64,000 bases of DNA from Narcine bancroftii (GCF_036971445.1 NC_091476.1:159712001-159776000), one strand, 5' to 3'; positions 13,335 through 27,464 are shown, counted from the first letter of the stretch. The notes: a model not told the origin generated them from the sequence alone. Numbers and translations: made by a program.

Positions 13335-13575
13335 AACATTTAGTGTAGTGGTTAGTGCAACTCTGTTACAGCACCAGCGATTGGAACTTGGGTTCGAATC
13401 CCACGCTGTCTAAGTAGTTTGTACACTCTCCCCGTGGCTATGTGGATTTACCTCAGGGGCGCCGGTTTCCTACCTCCGTCCAAAGCATACCAGGGGTTGT
13501 GCGTTAATTGGGTGGCCCTGGCTCGTGGTCTGAAATGGCACATTATCATGCTGTATATCTAAATTTTTTTTTTAA
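13335..13575 (+). mobile_element. tRNA-derived SINE
   Basis: A box tagtgtagtgg, B box ggttcgaatcc, A/T-rich tail. Confidence 0.7.
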
Positions 13576-13626
13576 ATATAAGAATTGGAAATGGTTATTG
13601 TGCTGGAGAGAGTAATAAGGGATGTG

Positions 13627-14642
13627 TGTGACAAGTGATGTTATATTTTATATTGTATATAGAAATGTTTTAAAGGAGATAAATTGTGACAGGTTTTTTA
13701 GTGTAGGTCACATACAAACACTTCAAAACAGATCTCATTTAAAATGCCAGAGCTCTGCTCAAGCCATACAGTTCAGGCTCTGAGTGCCTTTGAAAAATTT
13801 CGAAGAATGCCTACAATGACTTCACAAGTATGTGTTAATTGGACATGCTGTGAAGTAATGGATTATTGTTGGAAATCAAAAGATGAACGAACTCAGAAGA
13901 TTAGGCCCGGAGCCGCGGTCTGTCTCCGAGAAGTTGGCTATTCTAAGAGTGTCATATGGTTTTCTCTGAATGAAAGGGAGAGAGAAATCAGTTCTATAGC
14001 AACAGTTGGGACTGGAAGATGACAAGCTGGCAAGCTTGTGGAAAAACACCATTTTGAAGACGGGTTGTGAGTTCTTAGTTCAACCTGGTCAAAGCCCTTG
14101 TGGTCCATACAAGAGCTGCATAATGTTTCACATGAAATAAGGGAAACAAAAAGGAACTCTGGTGACCTGAAAGAAAGAGGTTATCATCCAGAAAACTCTG
14201 ATACGGCAAGTTTTTTCGGCAAGACACTGAAGTGGCTGATCTAAAGGAATCAGTTGTGGGTGTCCAAAGAGCAACAAATCTCTTTATGAAAACCGACAAG
14301 AACCTTCCTGAGCGGTAGCCATTTATCTTTCAAGCACCGAAGCCTGGTGAAATTCATAAATGTTAAATTCTGTGCACAGTATAAAAGTTGCCTGCAACCA
14401 GTGAACTTGGAGGAGTGAGAAGTGAGATTGGAGTGTGAATTAAAGAACTTTTCTGAACTTGTACACACATTACATACAAGTGTTCTTGGAATTAGAGGGG
14501 AGTTAAGTTAAATAGTAATGAGTTAAAGTTTGATCCTGGTTTCATGTTTAAAGATAATTAAAAGTGGCTTTTGTTTAAGTAACCATTTGTCTTGGTGAAT
14601 TTCTATTGCTGCAGGGTTTTGGGGTCCTCTGGGCTTATAACA
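13627..14642 (-). mobile_element. Solo-LTR-like element, copy 3 (inverted)
   Basis: Reverse-complement homology to copy 2; TG...CA ends; no clear TSD. Confidence 0.75.
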
Positions 14643-15418
14643 AGAGACACAAATCCCTTTCCCTAACCAACTTAATAGTCAGTATTTTTGTATAGTTCAT
14701 GCATATTGTATTTTGAAAATTATTCCAGAAAATAGTATTGGGTAAAAATCTATAACCCCCTTGTTTTAGAATTTTCAATCTAAAACAGAAAATACAGGTT
14801 GGGCTACATCTGTAGCTGTAAGAAACCCTTTCTCAGGACTGAAAAGGAGATGAAAGAAGCTTGTAAAGTTGCAGGAAGAGTGGGGATGTCCCTGATGGGA
14901 TGAAACTCTGATGAGGAAAAGATATAAATGGATTTTCTGGGTCAATAATTGTGTGGTAACAATTAGAGAGTGAAATTATAGGCAGAAAAATATGGAGGTG
15001 GCAAAATGCATAAGAAGAGGCCTAGAAGGTCATGTTGGGCATGGCTCCACCCCCAGAGAGAAAATGAGAGAAAACAAAACAAGCTGAGCTCTTGTCACAG
15101 ATGGATAAATGATAGAGACTGGAAAAATTAAGTTGCCTAAAGTGGTAGGCTTTCAGATTGAGTCCAGGCGACAACAACATAACCTAAAAGAAATTGAGGT
15201 CTTGCTTCTCAAGCATGCATTTGAGCCTCACTATTGACAGTGCAGGACGCAAAAGACCAATGGACATTAACGTGCAGGCCGCAGGATCATTTTTTTGTTC
15301 ACCCATCCATATCCTTTCATCTGATTGTTGTCTCTATTTCTACACATTACTTGTCATTTTCTTGCAATAACATTCTTTGATATTTGTTAACATTTTATTT
15401 CTATTCAGATAGTTTTAA

Positions 15419-15544
15419 ATGGCTTCAAGTTTGGAGAAAACACCTGGGACTGAAGATGAGGCAAGTAATAAGACACTTGAACGATGTCTTGAGGTTCTAC
15501 GGAATGCAAAAAATGATAATGAACAGTTTGCTGCACTTTTACTG
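15419..15544 (+). CDS. NCDN: NCDN coding exon 1
   Basis: MASSLEK...NAKNDNEQFAALLL|gtaag. Confidence 0.93.
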
Positions 15545-18500
15545 GTAAGAATGTTTCAGTGATTTATTTTTTTAATGGATATTCTGTGTAATTAACCTTA
15601 AAAGCCAAATGAGAATCCACCTGAGTTCCTCACTGTATGTGATGAGTTTCTGTTTCAATTTATCAATCTCAATGCATTATTTTGCTTTGTTTGAATTGTG
15701 ACTCCGTTAGGCAAGTCATTTATTTTTCCCTTTCACGTTCTTTGATGTGTTAATCTCAGTGCTCAATGTTGATTCACCAAAATGATGCAGGCGTTTTTTT
15801 TTTTAAAAATCAGACTATTTGATGCATTTCTTTATCTTTTAATTATAATTGAAATGTCTGAACTAGTAATCTGGAAATGGTGAACTCAAATCTTAGAATT
15901 AGAACTAGAAAATCTCTACTATTGAACCAAACAGGTAGTTACAAAGCACTGCTGACACTTCTGTTTACTGACGTTTGACAATAAATTGATTTTATTTTCT
16001 ATAGGTGACCAAAGTGGTGAGGGCAGGTGAAACTGATGCAGAAACCCGAAGGCGGATATTTGATGCTATTGGATTCTCTTTCCTAAACCGACTTCTTATC
16101 ACCAAGGAATCACCCAGTGGTTGTCCCAATCAAATTTTCCGAGCTCTGGGCCTGACCCTGTTTGCATGTTTTTCCACAAATCCAGAAATGGTTACTCACC
16201 CGCAAATGTTGAACAAAATTCCCATTTTCAATGAAATTGTCAGTTCATTTGTAGAATCTGGAGCAGATATTACTACCTTTACATCAATGATTGATGATTC
16301 TTACCAATGTCTGCAGGCACTTTCAGCCTGTCCGGAAGGCCAAAGGCATTTGGTATCGCAAGGAACCGTGTCTGCATTATGTCTGGCTTATCTCAACCAA
16401 TGCCATGGTTGTGAGAAGGCTTTGTGGCTTCTTGTCCATCTGTTGAATGCAATGGAAAATGTATGTTGGAACACTTGTAAGCCAGACCTCCTGAAGGTAT
16501 GCAACATGCTTAGTGAACAGTTTGCTGCAGAAGAAGGTCATCGGAAATTTGAATTGTGCCATATTATGCAGCATTTCATACCCACCACATCTCTCCTAAA
16601 GGAGAACCCAACTTTCAACACGTGCTTGAAGAACTGTTATACTGCTCTCTTTAATATCCTGAGCAGTAAATTGACCATCTCACAAAGGGACCCAGCACTA
16701 AAACTTGCTGGACTATTGTTGTCTGTTTACGGCTCAGACTGGATTCTGGCAGTAAATGCTGAAACAGGAAGTAAATTCTTGTCATTAATAGTGAACCTGG
16801 CTTGTGTGGAAGTTCGGATTTGCTTGGAAGATCCTAGTCTAGAGGCAACTTGGTCTAAACCAGATGTTATCACCTCATGTTACAGTATAATTGAGTTTGG
16901 GATGATGGTTTGTGTGCTTGGCGATAAAATCCATCTAACAGAAGCTGGAAGTAGACAATTGGTCAAAATAATGGTGGAGGCCTTTGCAGCAATCATTGGT
17001 TACTTTAAGCAGGTGAGCAAACAAAGGAAAACAAATTTTGTGTACATGACCATAAAGGAACCTTGATTATTGCATTGAAGAGTTTGTAGAGGATATTTGT
17101 TGCAGGGTGGGAAAATTGTCAAAATCAGATAAGGTGAGATCACCTAGCATTCTTTATTTGGAATAGAAGTTTAATGGAAGTATTCAAACTTATGTGTATT
17201 ATCTAGGAAACATCTATTTCCCTCAACAGAATGGTTTTAAAAACAGAAGATAAAGATTTAATGTAATTAATTAAAGGATTGGATGAGAGATGAGGAAAAT
17301 TATTTCTACAAAGTGTCTGTAATTTGCGGCCTTGAAGGATAATGAAGCAAAAACACTCAACAGAATTTAAAAAGCATATGGATATATGCATAAAGAACCA
17401 TTACCCATGTGGTTTCAGACTGGAACTGGAAGATGGAATTAGGCTGAAAGCTCCCTTACAACCAGCACTGAATACAATGGGCTGAATGGCCTCCATGTGT
17501 GTCTTACTCCTATAGCTGGGCTATGACTAAGAACTGCTGAGAGTCAGATTCATTGTAATGCTGCAGTTCATTATTTGTTTGGCTTCAATGTAACTCTTTT
17601 AATCTTAGAGCATCATACAGATCTTTCATTGCAGCAACCAATTATGCATTTTGGCATGTTTGATTAAATGTCTATTCTAGTTAAAATTAAATATTAAATG
17701 GATGCTCTCTAAGTGAATGCATTTTGTACAGGAAGACATGATTGTTATTTGGGGATCCAATATTATGTAGTGTGAATGGCAACATTTGTTTGGCTGTAAA
17801 CTTTTAATCACAATTGGATAAGGAGGCATCCGTTATGGGGAATAATTTGTTATTGTTAATGTTTTAAATCTGTTTTTGATGTTTGAAAGACCAGAAACCT
17901 CAGATTGATCTTGGACAGCTCAGTTGGCCATGTAGATAAACATCTAAATTGGTCCAAGGTTTTAATCTAAATCAATAGGCAACAAATATAACCAGGAATC
18001 TGAGCTGCTCTCAGTTGTATATTGAGTTCCACATAGCATGGGGTATAGGGCATAATTTTGTAAAATACTCAGGTAGATTTGGGACTTTGTTATGCTATTT
18101 CTTCGGACAGAAGTTTCTCTATAGGGTGAAGCAATGCTGACTTTCTTTTTATCTTGTATATTCTTTTCATAACTTCCTGTGTTGCACCAAGCAAGAATCA
18201 AGGCACCATTACCCAACATGTATGAACAAGAATGTAACCAGCCAGAGTTTCCAATCAAGTGCTTGTGGGTTGGAAGCTGTCCTCTGAAGTGCCTCACAGC
18301 AGCATACTTTAGATATTCCCAATATTTCCCTTTCATGGGAATTTCTTTCTTCTGTTTTACTTTCTCAAATATGACTGTGTATATGTTTAATTTTCTCTTT
18401 AAATTCCTCCTCATTACATAGGTGAAAGAAGAACAGCTGCGAGACCCATTTCTCTTTGCCTCAGTCCGAGTCTTTGGTGCATGGATGGCTGAAGAGACCT

Positions 18501-21500
18501 TTGCACTAAAGCAAGAAATCTGTGATGTTCTGCCTTTTCTGATTCATTGTGCCCAAGTGCTCTTTGAATGTCCAGATAGATCGGATAACATGGACAGTGC
18601 AATGAAAGGGCTCTCTTCAACTGATGGTTCTGAGGCAAAAACCTGCTCGAAAGATGCTTTGAGGTAGGAAAAAAAATACAATGCAGTATTTTGGCATCTA
18701 ATTAATGATAATTGTAGTCAGATATTACATCATTTCAACCAAGTGGATGAATCTATGACTGCTGTTCATATTGCAATATAACTTTTACAGTCTCAGCAAT
18801 ACCAAATTTACATGGAGGTTTTTAATATGTATATATATATAGACATGCTAAATCCAAGTATTTACAAAAGAAAGGATGGTCAATGGTAAAACATTAAAAT
18901 TAGCAAAGTGCAGAAGGACAGATGGGAGGAGTATGCATCTCACTGTTAGAGTGGAAAATAATAACAAGATAGAAGATTGAAGTCCTGGTTGAATGTGAAC
19001 ATTTAAAAATGGACACCCAGTTGAAGTTAACAAGGACATGGGTGATGGATGAATAGGATTTTGCTATTCTCTTCTCAAATGGCATAAACCTTGTGATCTT
19101 GGTAGAATGTGTGAGAGCAGCTCGAAGTATTTTTGGAATAATTGGATCTAAAGGACAATGAAGTACTCCCATGAGTTAAGATCTGGGTTCAATCCTGACC
19201 TTGAATTTTGTGTGTGTAAGTCAGTGGTTCTCAACCTTTTTCTTTCCACTTTAAGTAATCCCTATGCCATCAGTGCTTTGTGATTAGTAAGGGATTTCTT
19301 AAGTTGGTATGTGAATCCTCATAACAGGTGAAAGAAGATTGAGAACCACTGCTCTAGACCCAATTGTTAACTGAAATATTTTGCTTGAGAAAAATGGTCA
19401 TTGGCCCATTTGCTATGGAGTTATGACACCGTGCACATAACAAGTCAATTAGGTACGATTAAATCGGTGGTTTTCAAACTTTTTCTTTCCATCCCTTACT
19501 AATCACAGAGCACCTATGGCATAGGGAATACTTAGTGATATGTGAGTGGAAAGAAAAAGTTTGAAAACCATGGTTTTAATCGTACCTGATTGATTCTTTA
19601 TGTGTACGGTCTCATAACTCCAAAGGAAATGGGCCATTGACCATTTTTCTCAAGCAAAATATTTCAGTAACAATTAAGTTTAGAGCAGTGATTCTCAACC
19701 TTCCCTTTCCACTCACACAGCATCTTAAGCAATCCCTTACTAATCACAGAGTACCAATGGCATAGGGATTACTTAGTGGTATATGACTGGAAAGAAAAAG
19801 GTTGAGAGCCATTGGTGTAGAGTTTGCATGTTCTGTGTCCATGTTTGTTTCCTCGAAGTTCCCCTTTTTTTTGCCACATCCCAAAGTTGTGCCGGTTGAT
19901 ATCTTATTAAATGTGAGTTTACACATGTTTGTAATTTTGTATGGAAGAGTTTTATTTGATCAGTTTTAAAAATATTTAAAGGAACAATAAAGGCAGAAAG
20001 AGAAACTATTCCTGCTTGTTGTAATATCTCAAACTATAATAATTGCTTAAAATTTAAAGCCAGCTTCTCAGCAGTGAACAAGAGAAAACACTTTTAAATG
20101 CAAAGAATGGTAAAATTCGGCCGTGTCTTCCACAAAGTGAACTTAATGTTTGGCTAGTTGTTCATTTGATTCAGTGATTGTAATTAATGGTTTTCAGGGA
20201 TGAGGGACAAAGGCATGCATGTTGTTGCATATCAGCTATGGGCATATTGAATCGCCATTTAGATCAAGGAGCTGAGTGCCCAACTGTGTGAATTTTTAAA
20301 ATTTTCCATATTGAAAAATGCAAAATAAATTTGTGATGTATTATCATGAACATTTCAATTAGTTTGCATTGAATTCCCATTTCACAGTCATCCCACAAAG
20401 GTTATTTGGAAAAATTGAGCATTATTGGTAAAAGCTGTTTCTTAAAATGTGGGTCCACTTAAAATATTTAGCTAATTGTGTGTCTCCACTTGCAGGTTCT
20501 TATTACCTGGATTTTGTCACCTTTCAGCTGAGGATGCTCCACGGAAAATCTTAATTTCACATGGGTTTCATGTTTTGCTTCTCCGTTATTTTACACAACA
20601 GTGGGAAGTCTTCAATTCTTGCCAAAATGCATCGCTTTTGCCAGATGATTCAGAGATGAATCTTAGAACGGCTTGTGGAATTTTCCTAAATCTTGTAGTG
20701 ACTGAACCTGCACTAATCAGGTACAAAGCACTGCTCTCAGCTAAATATTCAAAATATAATGTAATGGTGAAAATTGGCTAAATCAGTGGAGATATTAAAA
20801 AAAATTGAAAAGTGTAATCTGGATTGTGAAGAGTTTGCAAGAGCATCAAAATGGGTTTATTTTTGTCTCTAACATTTAAATAATGCATATGGGGAGGGAA
20901 AGAGTGAATCTTCGATAATTAAATTGGCAAGAAATTTACTTGAAAGGAGTTCCAATGTAAAAAAAAAACCCACTGGCTTTCAATTGCAGCTCAAGCACAT
21001 ATACATGGAAGCTTAAACTTTGATCTCAAGCAACGGCCAGAAAATCTCACCCATTGATTTCAGCAGTATTCAAATTTGTTGCCATTTTTACTACAAAATG
21101 TCTAGCATCAGGATTGTGATTGTGTATTAATATTTTTGGATATGGGTGCAGCCAATCCTTTAGAAAGTAAGCTGTCTTCCAGGAGCAAAAATAATCTGCT
21201 AGAGGAACTCGGGTTGAGCAGCATCAGTAGGCGGAATAAGGTTGATGTATTGGAAAAGCTGAAAAGTTGACCATTCGTTTTTCTCCTGTTGATGCTGCTC
21301 AACCCACTAAGTTCCTTCACAGATTTATTTTTTGCTCCAGATTCCAGCATCTGCAGTCTCATGTGTGTAAACAACCTTCCTGTATAATTTCAGTCCTTGT
21401 AATGAGAGTAACACACAGTGCTGCTGGGTAAAGATGTAAAGGATTTAGGCCTATGTCAGGAAGGGAACTTGCAGTTGGTGGCATTTCTGTGCAACGGAAA

Positions 21501-24500
21501 ACCTTGTCCTTGGTGATACAACAATTTGGAAGGAACTTTCTGTAACCTAGAATCCAAATTGGGTTTATTGTCATGAACGTGTCATGAAATTTATTGTTTT
21601 GCAGTATTGTGTAGAACAAGGTGTAAAATTACTATAGATTAGAATTCTGTGACTACGTGTTTATATTAAAAAAAACTAATGCAAAAAAGAGAAAAAGTGA
21701 GGTAGTGTCTGTTCAGAAATCTGATGGAGGTGGGGAAGATGGTGTTTTTGTAATGTTCAGTTTGTGTCTTCAGGCTTCTGCACCACCTCCCTGATGGTAG
21801 CAATAAGAGAAGGGCGTGGATTGAGTGGTGAGGGTCCTTGATCATGCTGCTTTCTTGAAGCATTGCCTCTTAAAGATGTCAATGGATTGAAGACTAATGG
21901 TCAAGATGGCACTGGCTGAGTTTACAACCCACCGTACTTACCCTATTCCTGTCCTATGCATTGACCGTTCCATACCTGATAGTAATGCAACCAGTCAGAA
22001 TGCTCTCCACTATACACCTATAGAAATTTGCAAGATCTACCAAATCTCCTCAAACTCCTAACAAAATGTAGTCTTTGGCATGCCTTCTTCACAATTGCAT
22101 CAACGTGATGGGCCCAGGATAGATCGTCAGAGACGTTGACATCTGAGAATCTGAGGTTTCTGTCTTTTCCACTGCTGACTCTTTGATGAGAACTGGTTTG
22201 TGTTCTGGCTTCCCCCTTCCTGAAGTTTTACTGATGTTGAGTGCATGGTTGTTGTTGGACACCACTCAACGAGCTGATCTACCCATCCTGTACACTTCCT
22301 CAGTGGCATCTGTGATTCTGCCAACCACAGTGGTTTCATTGGCTTGTTTGTAGATGGCACTTGAATTGTGCCCTGCCACCCAGTCTTAGGTGGAGAGTGG
22401 TTGGCTAAGCATGGATTCTTGAAGTGCTCCTGTGTTGATTGTCAAAGGAGGGGATGAGTAACTCCAGTACACACTGGTGAAGGAGAAAATTTTCCTTTAG
22501 CAGCTGGAATATTAATGAAGATCAGTGCCTGTCTTGGATTGGACCAAGCTTCTGGAATATTACTGAAGATGGCAGAAAGGCTTTAGGGCATCACGAGATG
22601 AGTTACATGGCAGAAGAATATTAAGCTTGAACGAAAAAAAAAGGATTGACCACAATTTATTATTTTTCTTCATTGATGCTGTTTGACCTGAGTTCCTCCA
22701 ACTTCTCATTTTTTTTGAATTGAACTTCTGAGACTGTTTCAAATGCGTTTCTGGTTAATTTTGACCCCAGATTGACGTTGCTGAGCGACTTGGTGATAAT
22801 ACCATTAAACATGGCTGGGTGGCTTGATGGTTAAATGTTTGCTACATTTTGTGTTGCTGCCTGCAAATGAGGGTTGCTCAATTTACACAGGAGCTGTAAG
22901 ATGAACAGTGTGTAATCATTGGTGAGTATCCCTACTTCTGACCTTTAAAAAGGAAGAGCATTGAAGAAGTTGTTAAAATGATTGGTGGTAAAGCCTGTTG
23001 CAGTGAAATTCTGCAGCTGGCATGATTGAGTTCTAATAACTGTACTATCTTTGCACAAGGAATGAGGGTAACTGCTTGATTTTTTTTTCCCCTTAATATC
23101 CATTGACTTGATTTTTACCAGAATTACTTGTGCCATGTTCAATTCATGCTGTCTCAATGTTGAGAGAAGTCACTCTGGCCTTGACTATAGGTCCTTTCAA
23201 CCTGCCGTGTAAAATGAGGTTAACTGGGCAATTTGTCTGGTTAGCGACAGTTAGAAGGGGTCCAACCCACTCAGTGTGGACCTAATCCAACTGGGTCCCT
23301 GACCTACCTCAGAGGTAGTCAGGGAACCCAGTAAAACTTAACTAGGCCGCATCCACCGGCGTCTTGAACAGAAAAATGGCTGACCCAGTTACACCTTGCA
23401 TCACAGTGAACCCCCTGGCTGAAGTGCCTGCTGTGATTTGTGGAGGTGGGGAAGGAGAGAGGTTGCAGCCGGCGGGGCCTGGGGTGGATGGGGGAGAGGG
23501 TGGGTGGTGGTGGGGGGAAAGAGAAGGGTCACCACAATCTGGGAGAAGTGAGGTCACTGCCATGGGGGTGAGAGGTCGCTGCTGCGGGGGGGGGGGGTGG
23601 TGGAGTGCCATGATCAGTGGGAGAGGGCTTGTTGCCATACGGGGGGGGGGGGGGGGGGTGGGGGGGTGCTGCGAATTTCAGCTGTTGTGAACGCCACTCC
23701 AGTTCGCAGTGACAATTCAATGTTTGTAGCAGTGGGTCGTTGCTGGAGAGGTGCAATTGATGGGGTAGGTGTTGATTGATTGATGGTGGGGTGGGGGGGA
23801 CACTTACTGATAGTTTCTGTGAGTGCGTGACGCGTCACTTACCGCATCATCACGGGGTGGGATCCCCTTTAAATCGCAGGTTTGGCGACTTAATGGATCA
23901 TTAAGTTTCTAAGATGCTTCCAGCACCTTTGCCCCAGTAATCACATCTGGATCTCAGGAGGGCTACTCAGGTGCCTAATGTTTGACACAGTCTGTAATGA
24001 GGGCTGGAGCCAAGTGATCCAGGCAATGGCTAAACTGAGGATCTATGAGCAATATTTAATCATGCTTGTGAATCGGTGATAAATTCTAGCTCTTGACAAA
24101 TGACTTAGAGTGGATAGACTGGCAATATTAGCCATTTTTCTACATCATTCAGAAAATGCCAACTTGGATCAACTCAGCTTGACCTGACATGATTAGTCAT
24201 GAAGCACTTCAGCCTGGAGGTTTTCTGAACATTTGTTCAGTGTTGTTTCTCTAACAGGACAGAGCCCAAATAGTACTTCTGACCTTTTTTTTTTTTGCAT
24301 AGTTCATTTTGCCGGATGTATTTATTTTCTGGACTGCGCCACCACTCAGTCAATCCATATGAGCATGTATTATCACAAATAGTTTGCTGATTGCGATTGT
24401 GGTAGTTCATTGGCTTTTCTTGCAATTACATTACAAGAACTGATATACTGTAAAATCTATTTTAATCTTCTGTAATAAGTTTATAAAAGTAAAATATTGG

Positions 24501-26758
24501 GCATTTTAAATAAATTCAGAAAATAATTACTAGCAGTTTGTTTATATTTTGCCTTTATAAAATATTGCATACCCTGATCCTTTTAAAATCTGTTCTTGCA
24601 GGCACGAAGAGTGTTTCTCATCTCTACTTAATTTGATAATGGATTCCTTGCAGCTATTGCTTTGTACTCCGCATCGCCTGATTCTTGCTGCAAATTTCAC
24701 CACTTTGGGCTTGATGATGAGCCGCACACTGGCTGACACTCCAGGTACAAAATAGTAAAGATACATTTCCTTGGATCATTGTCCCAGTTATTGTTGTTGA
24801 TGTTTTTAATTCAAATTTTGTATCTAATAATTTTAATAATAAATTATCTGTTCTTTTGGAAGGAAAGATTTTAGGAAATTATATAGCAATGCCCATGTGT
24901 GTTTGTTCAGTACCAATCCAAGTGAGTTAAAAACAGTTTGTATGATCAATCTGAATTATAAAAATCAGATAGTTTTCTGCTTCAAATGGGAAGCCAATGA
25001 AAGTTCACAATATTATGAAACATCAGTTTAAGTCTACAAAGAATGTACCCAATTATGTCACTAACATTCCACAGCAATTCTGTAGGGGAATTGCAGAGTT
25101 GGGAGTGAAAATGCTGAACAAGACTTGGGAGTTATTGAAGGTAAAATTAAAGAAGCTAATTTTGAGAATGTCTCTGAACATAAGGAATGAAATAAGATTG
25201 ATTAGGAAAACTGTGGCTGCAGGCCAAAATTGGTAAAAGCTCCATCATCAGGGTGGAGTTGTGATGGGGTAATCCTAAATAGCCAGTTTGAAAGATGAGA
25301 TGATTTAAATTGAGGCAGAACTGCAGATTTGAGAGTTGGTGAAATTTTCAAAGGAATCAAAGTTGAGAGATATTGAAATTGGTTGGATGGTTGTGGGTTA
25401 AGGTATTGAAGGTTGGTGAAGACAGGGTGTGGTTAGTCTGGTGTGATTTGGGCAGAAATCTTAAGAATAGATGAAACTTGGAAAATTAATACAGAGAATG
25501 CTGGTAAAGTTTAAAATGAATGTGATTACATTTGGAATGACCTTGAAATGAAGATGAGTTTTTAATGAAGGTTCGAGATGGCGGTCTTGGAGGATAGGAC
25601 AGGCGGTGTGAAGTACATCTTGTGAAAAATAGCCCACTATTGAGTGTAACTCCAATTACTTTAGAAGATGAGAGGAAATCACAAAAATTTATTTCTTCAA
25701 TGTTCATAAGGAATATCTTAAGATTGAAGATAATAAAACATGTGTAAAATTATATGAAATTCACTTTAGTCAGGCAAACAACTTCACCATCAGCAGAAAT
25801 TGCCAGGTGCCTCTAACAGTCGGAAGATGTTCTTTGGGAGAAAATTCAGCCTAAAACACACCAGGCAGATAAATTGTCATACCAAAAAGATGGAAATTAG
25901 ATTCCTGCTCATAAAATTGTCAATTGTATATGTATTAAATGAGAAGAGGTCAAACATGAAGCTTTTTGGAAAAATGGAGCTCACTGTACAAGAATTTTAG
26001 GAAAAGCTTTTCCAGAAATAATGCTGGGACAGAGAGCAGGGTGGTGAAAAAATGGTCAGCTTGGAAGACATTGGAATTTATGGAGCACATATATATTCAG
26101 AGACGTAATTGGGTATTTTTTTTTTAATTAGCAGGATTATGGAAAGTGCTGAAAAGATTAGTAAAATTATGGATAGTTGGAAGAGGATTTGAAAAAGTCA
26201 AAATCACTTCTACTTTGGAGCAGAGGTTGATGACCTCTTCATAATTGACATCAAATAAGAGTTTTAGTGCTTGGGATTGTTTTATAATTTATACATTGAC
26301 ATTTTTAAATTTTATTTTCAGTGCTTCAGGGAAATTCTGTGTCCTGGAAATTTTTCACAGAAGCAATTCGGTTTCTTTCAAAAGCACATGAAACTCAAAA
26401 GGAAATGTCAAATCAAGGAACACTGATTGTTCTGACTGAGAGTTACCAGGAAATTTGGGATCAAATCTCTGAGCTTTGGCTTTTGGGAATGCAAGCTTTT
26501 GGTAGCTGCATACCATTGTTACCATGGTTATCACAAAGCATAATTGAATCCGATTGGTTGAATAACATTTTTGATTTGCTTACTCAAACTTCCCCCAGGA
26601 CTGTAGATTTTGACATTATCGCAGCCTTTCAAAGCATTTTATCTGAGTTGGCAAAGAATAATAAATCTTGCAAAGACTTTATGTTACTGAAGAATGGTGT
26701 GGAGAAAGCAAAACTGTATGGAATGTCTACTTTGGAACAAGTTCTCAGTGAAGATTAG
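15419..26758 (+). CDS. NCDN: Neurochondrin, complete spliced CDS (726 aa)
   Basis: join(15419-15544,16005-17012,18422-18663,20496-20720,24602-24744,26322-26758) = 2181 nt. All introns GT-AG with consistent phases. Motifs AKNDNEQFAALLLVTK, RRRIFDAIGF, QRDPALKLA, LACVEVR, AWMAEET. Confidence 0.96.
16005..17012 (+). CDS. NCDN: NCDN coding exon 2
   Basis: ag|VTKVVRAGE...YFKQ|gtgag. Confidence 0.96.
18422..18663 (+). CDS. NCDN: NCDN coding exon 3
   Basis: ag|VKEEQLRDPFLFASVRVFGAWMAEET...DALR|gtagg. Confidence 0.95.
19222..19814. mobile_element. Composite palindromic hAT-type MITE inserted in a SINE
   Basis: TIRs cagtggttctcaacc...ggttgagagccattg. Three mini-units are separated by two mutually inverted spacers. 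Confidence 0.8.
20496..20720 (+). CDS. NCDN: NCDN coding exon 4
   Basis: ag|FLLPGFCHLSAED...FLNLVVTEPALI|gt. Confidence 0.95.
21550..22470 (-). mobile_element. Rex1/Babar-type LINE 3' remnant
   Basis: Decayed RT-end motifs (DQLVEWC, DPHHS..LLPSGR..RSL, FPTSIRFLN). Confidence 0.75.
23190..24000. repeat. GC/G-run-rich interspersed element, class uncertain
   Basis: Abrupt GC-rich block with long G tracts inside an AT-rich intron; no coding signal. Confidence 0.4.
24602..24744 (+). CDS. NCDN: NCDN coding exon 5
   Basis: ag|HEECFSSLLNL...LILAANFTTLGLMMSR...|gt. Not in the ORF track. Confidence 0.93.
26322..26758 (+). CDS. NCDN: NCDN last coding exon
   Basis: ag|LQGNSVSWKFF...ELWLLGMQAF...LEQVLSED*. 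Confidence 0.95.
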
Positions 26759-27464
26759 AGAAAGCCAGTATTGCTTTCCTAAATTATTCATCTACCAGCA
26801 TAATGATCTGAATCTGTGCTTAAGAGCACAAAAAGTCTTCTTGTGAACTTTTGCCAATTCAAGTGTTGCACTGTTTTTTTGTAAACGTTAAAATTTTGGA
26901 GATGGAGTAGAGCTTTTTCTCTGCACATTTTGCAGCAGAAATTTCAGGAATGTTTTCATAAACTTTTACTTTTGCAAATTTCAGTTAATTTTTAAAAAAG
27001 AAATTAATACCTCATTCTGGAATGTATCTGGTCACCTACAGGATACAATTAAAGTGAATCTGTTGCAAAAGAATTGTGAATCAAAGTCTTATTGCACAAT
27101 ATTTAAAAAAAAATGTTTGTTATGTCAACCACCAAAGTGATCGGCATGTAAATCATCCTAACCCTGTTTTGGAATAATCAAAGCTGGTTCGATACCCTTA
27201 AATCTGTTCATAATGAAAATTAATGCACAGCACAAAGGTGCTGGTAAATGATCCAACTTGCCTGTCTGACCTGCTGAGTTTCTCCATTTGTGTGTTTTTT
27301 CACTTAACCACGATGTCAACAGAATCCCGTGTTTTACCCCTGGATTAAACATTTGCGAGTTAGTACCCAAAATTTAAAAGCATGGATATGCACTTCTGAA
27401 CAAATGTTAATCTGTTGCTGGGTCAGAGAGCAGAAATCTCGTCTCCAGAGTATATTCCACATTG

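Noticed and set aside
13340-13410. tRNA gene
   Set aside because: A and B boxes are present but there is no cloverleaf, and the sequence continues into a SINE body.
17962-18414. 150-aa minus-strand ORF
   Set aside because: Lies antisense in an NCDN intron; no motif or splice support.
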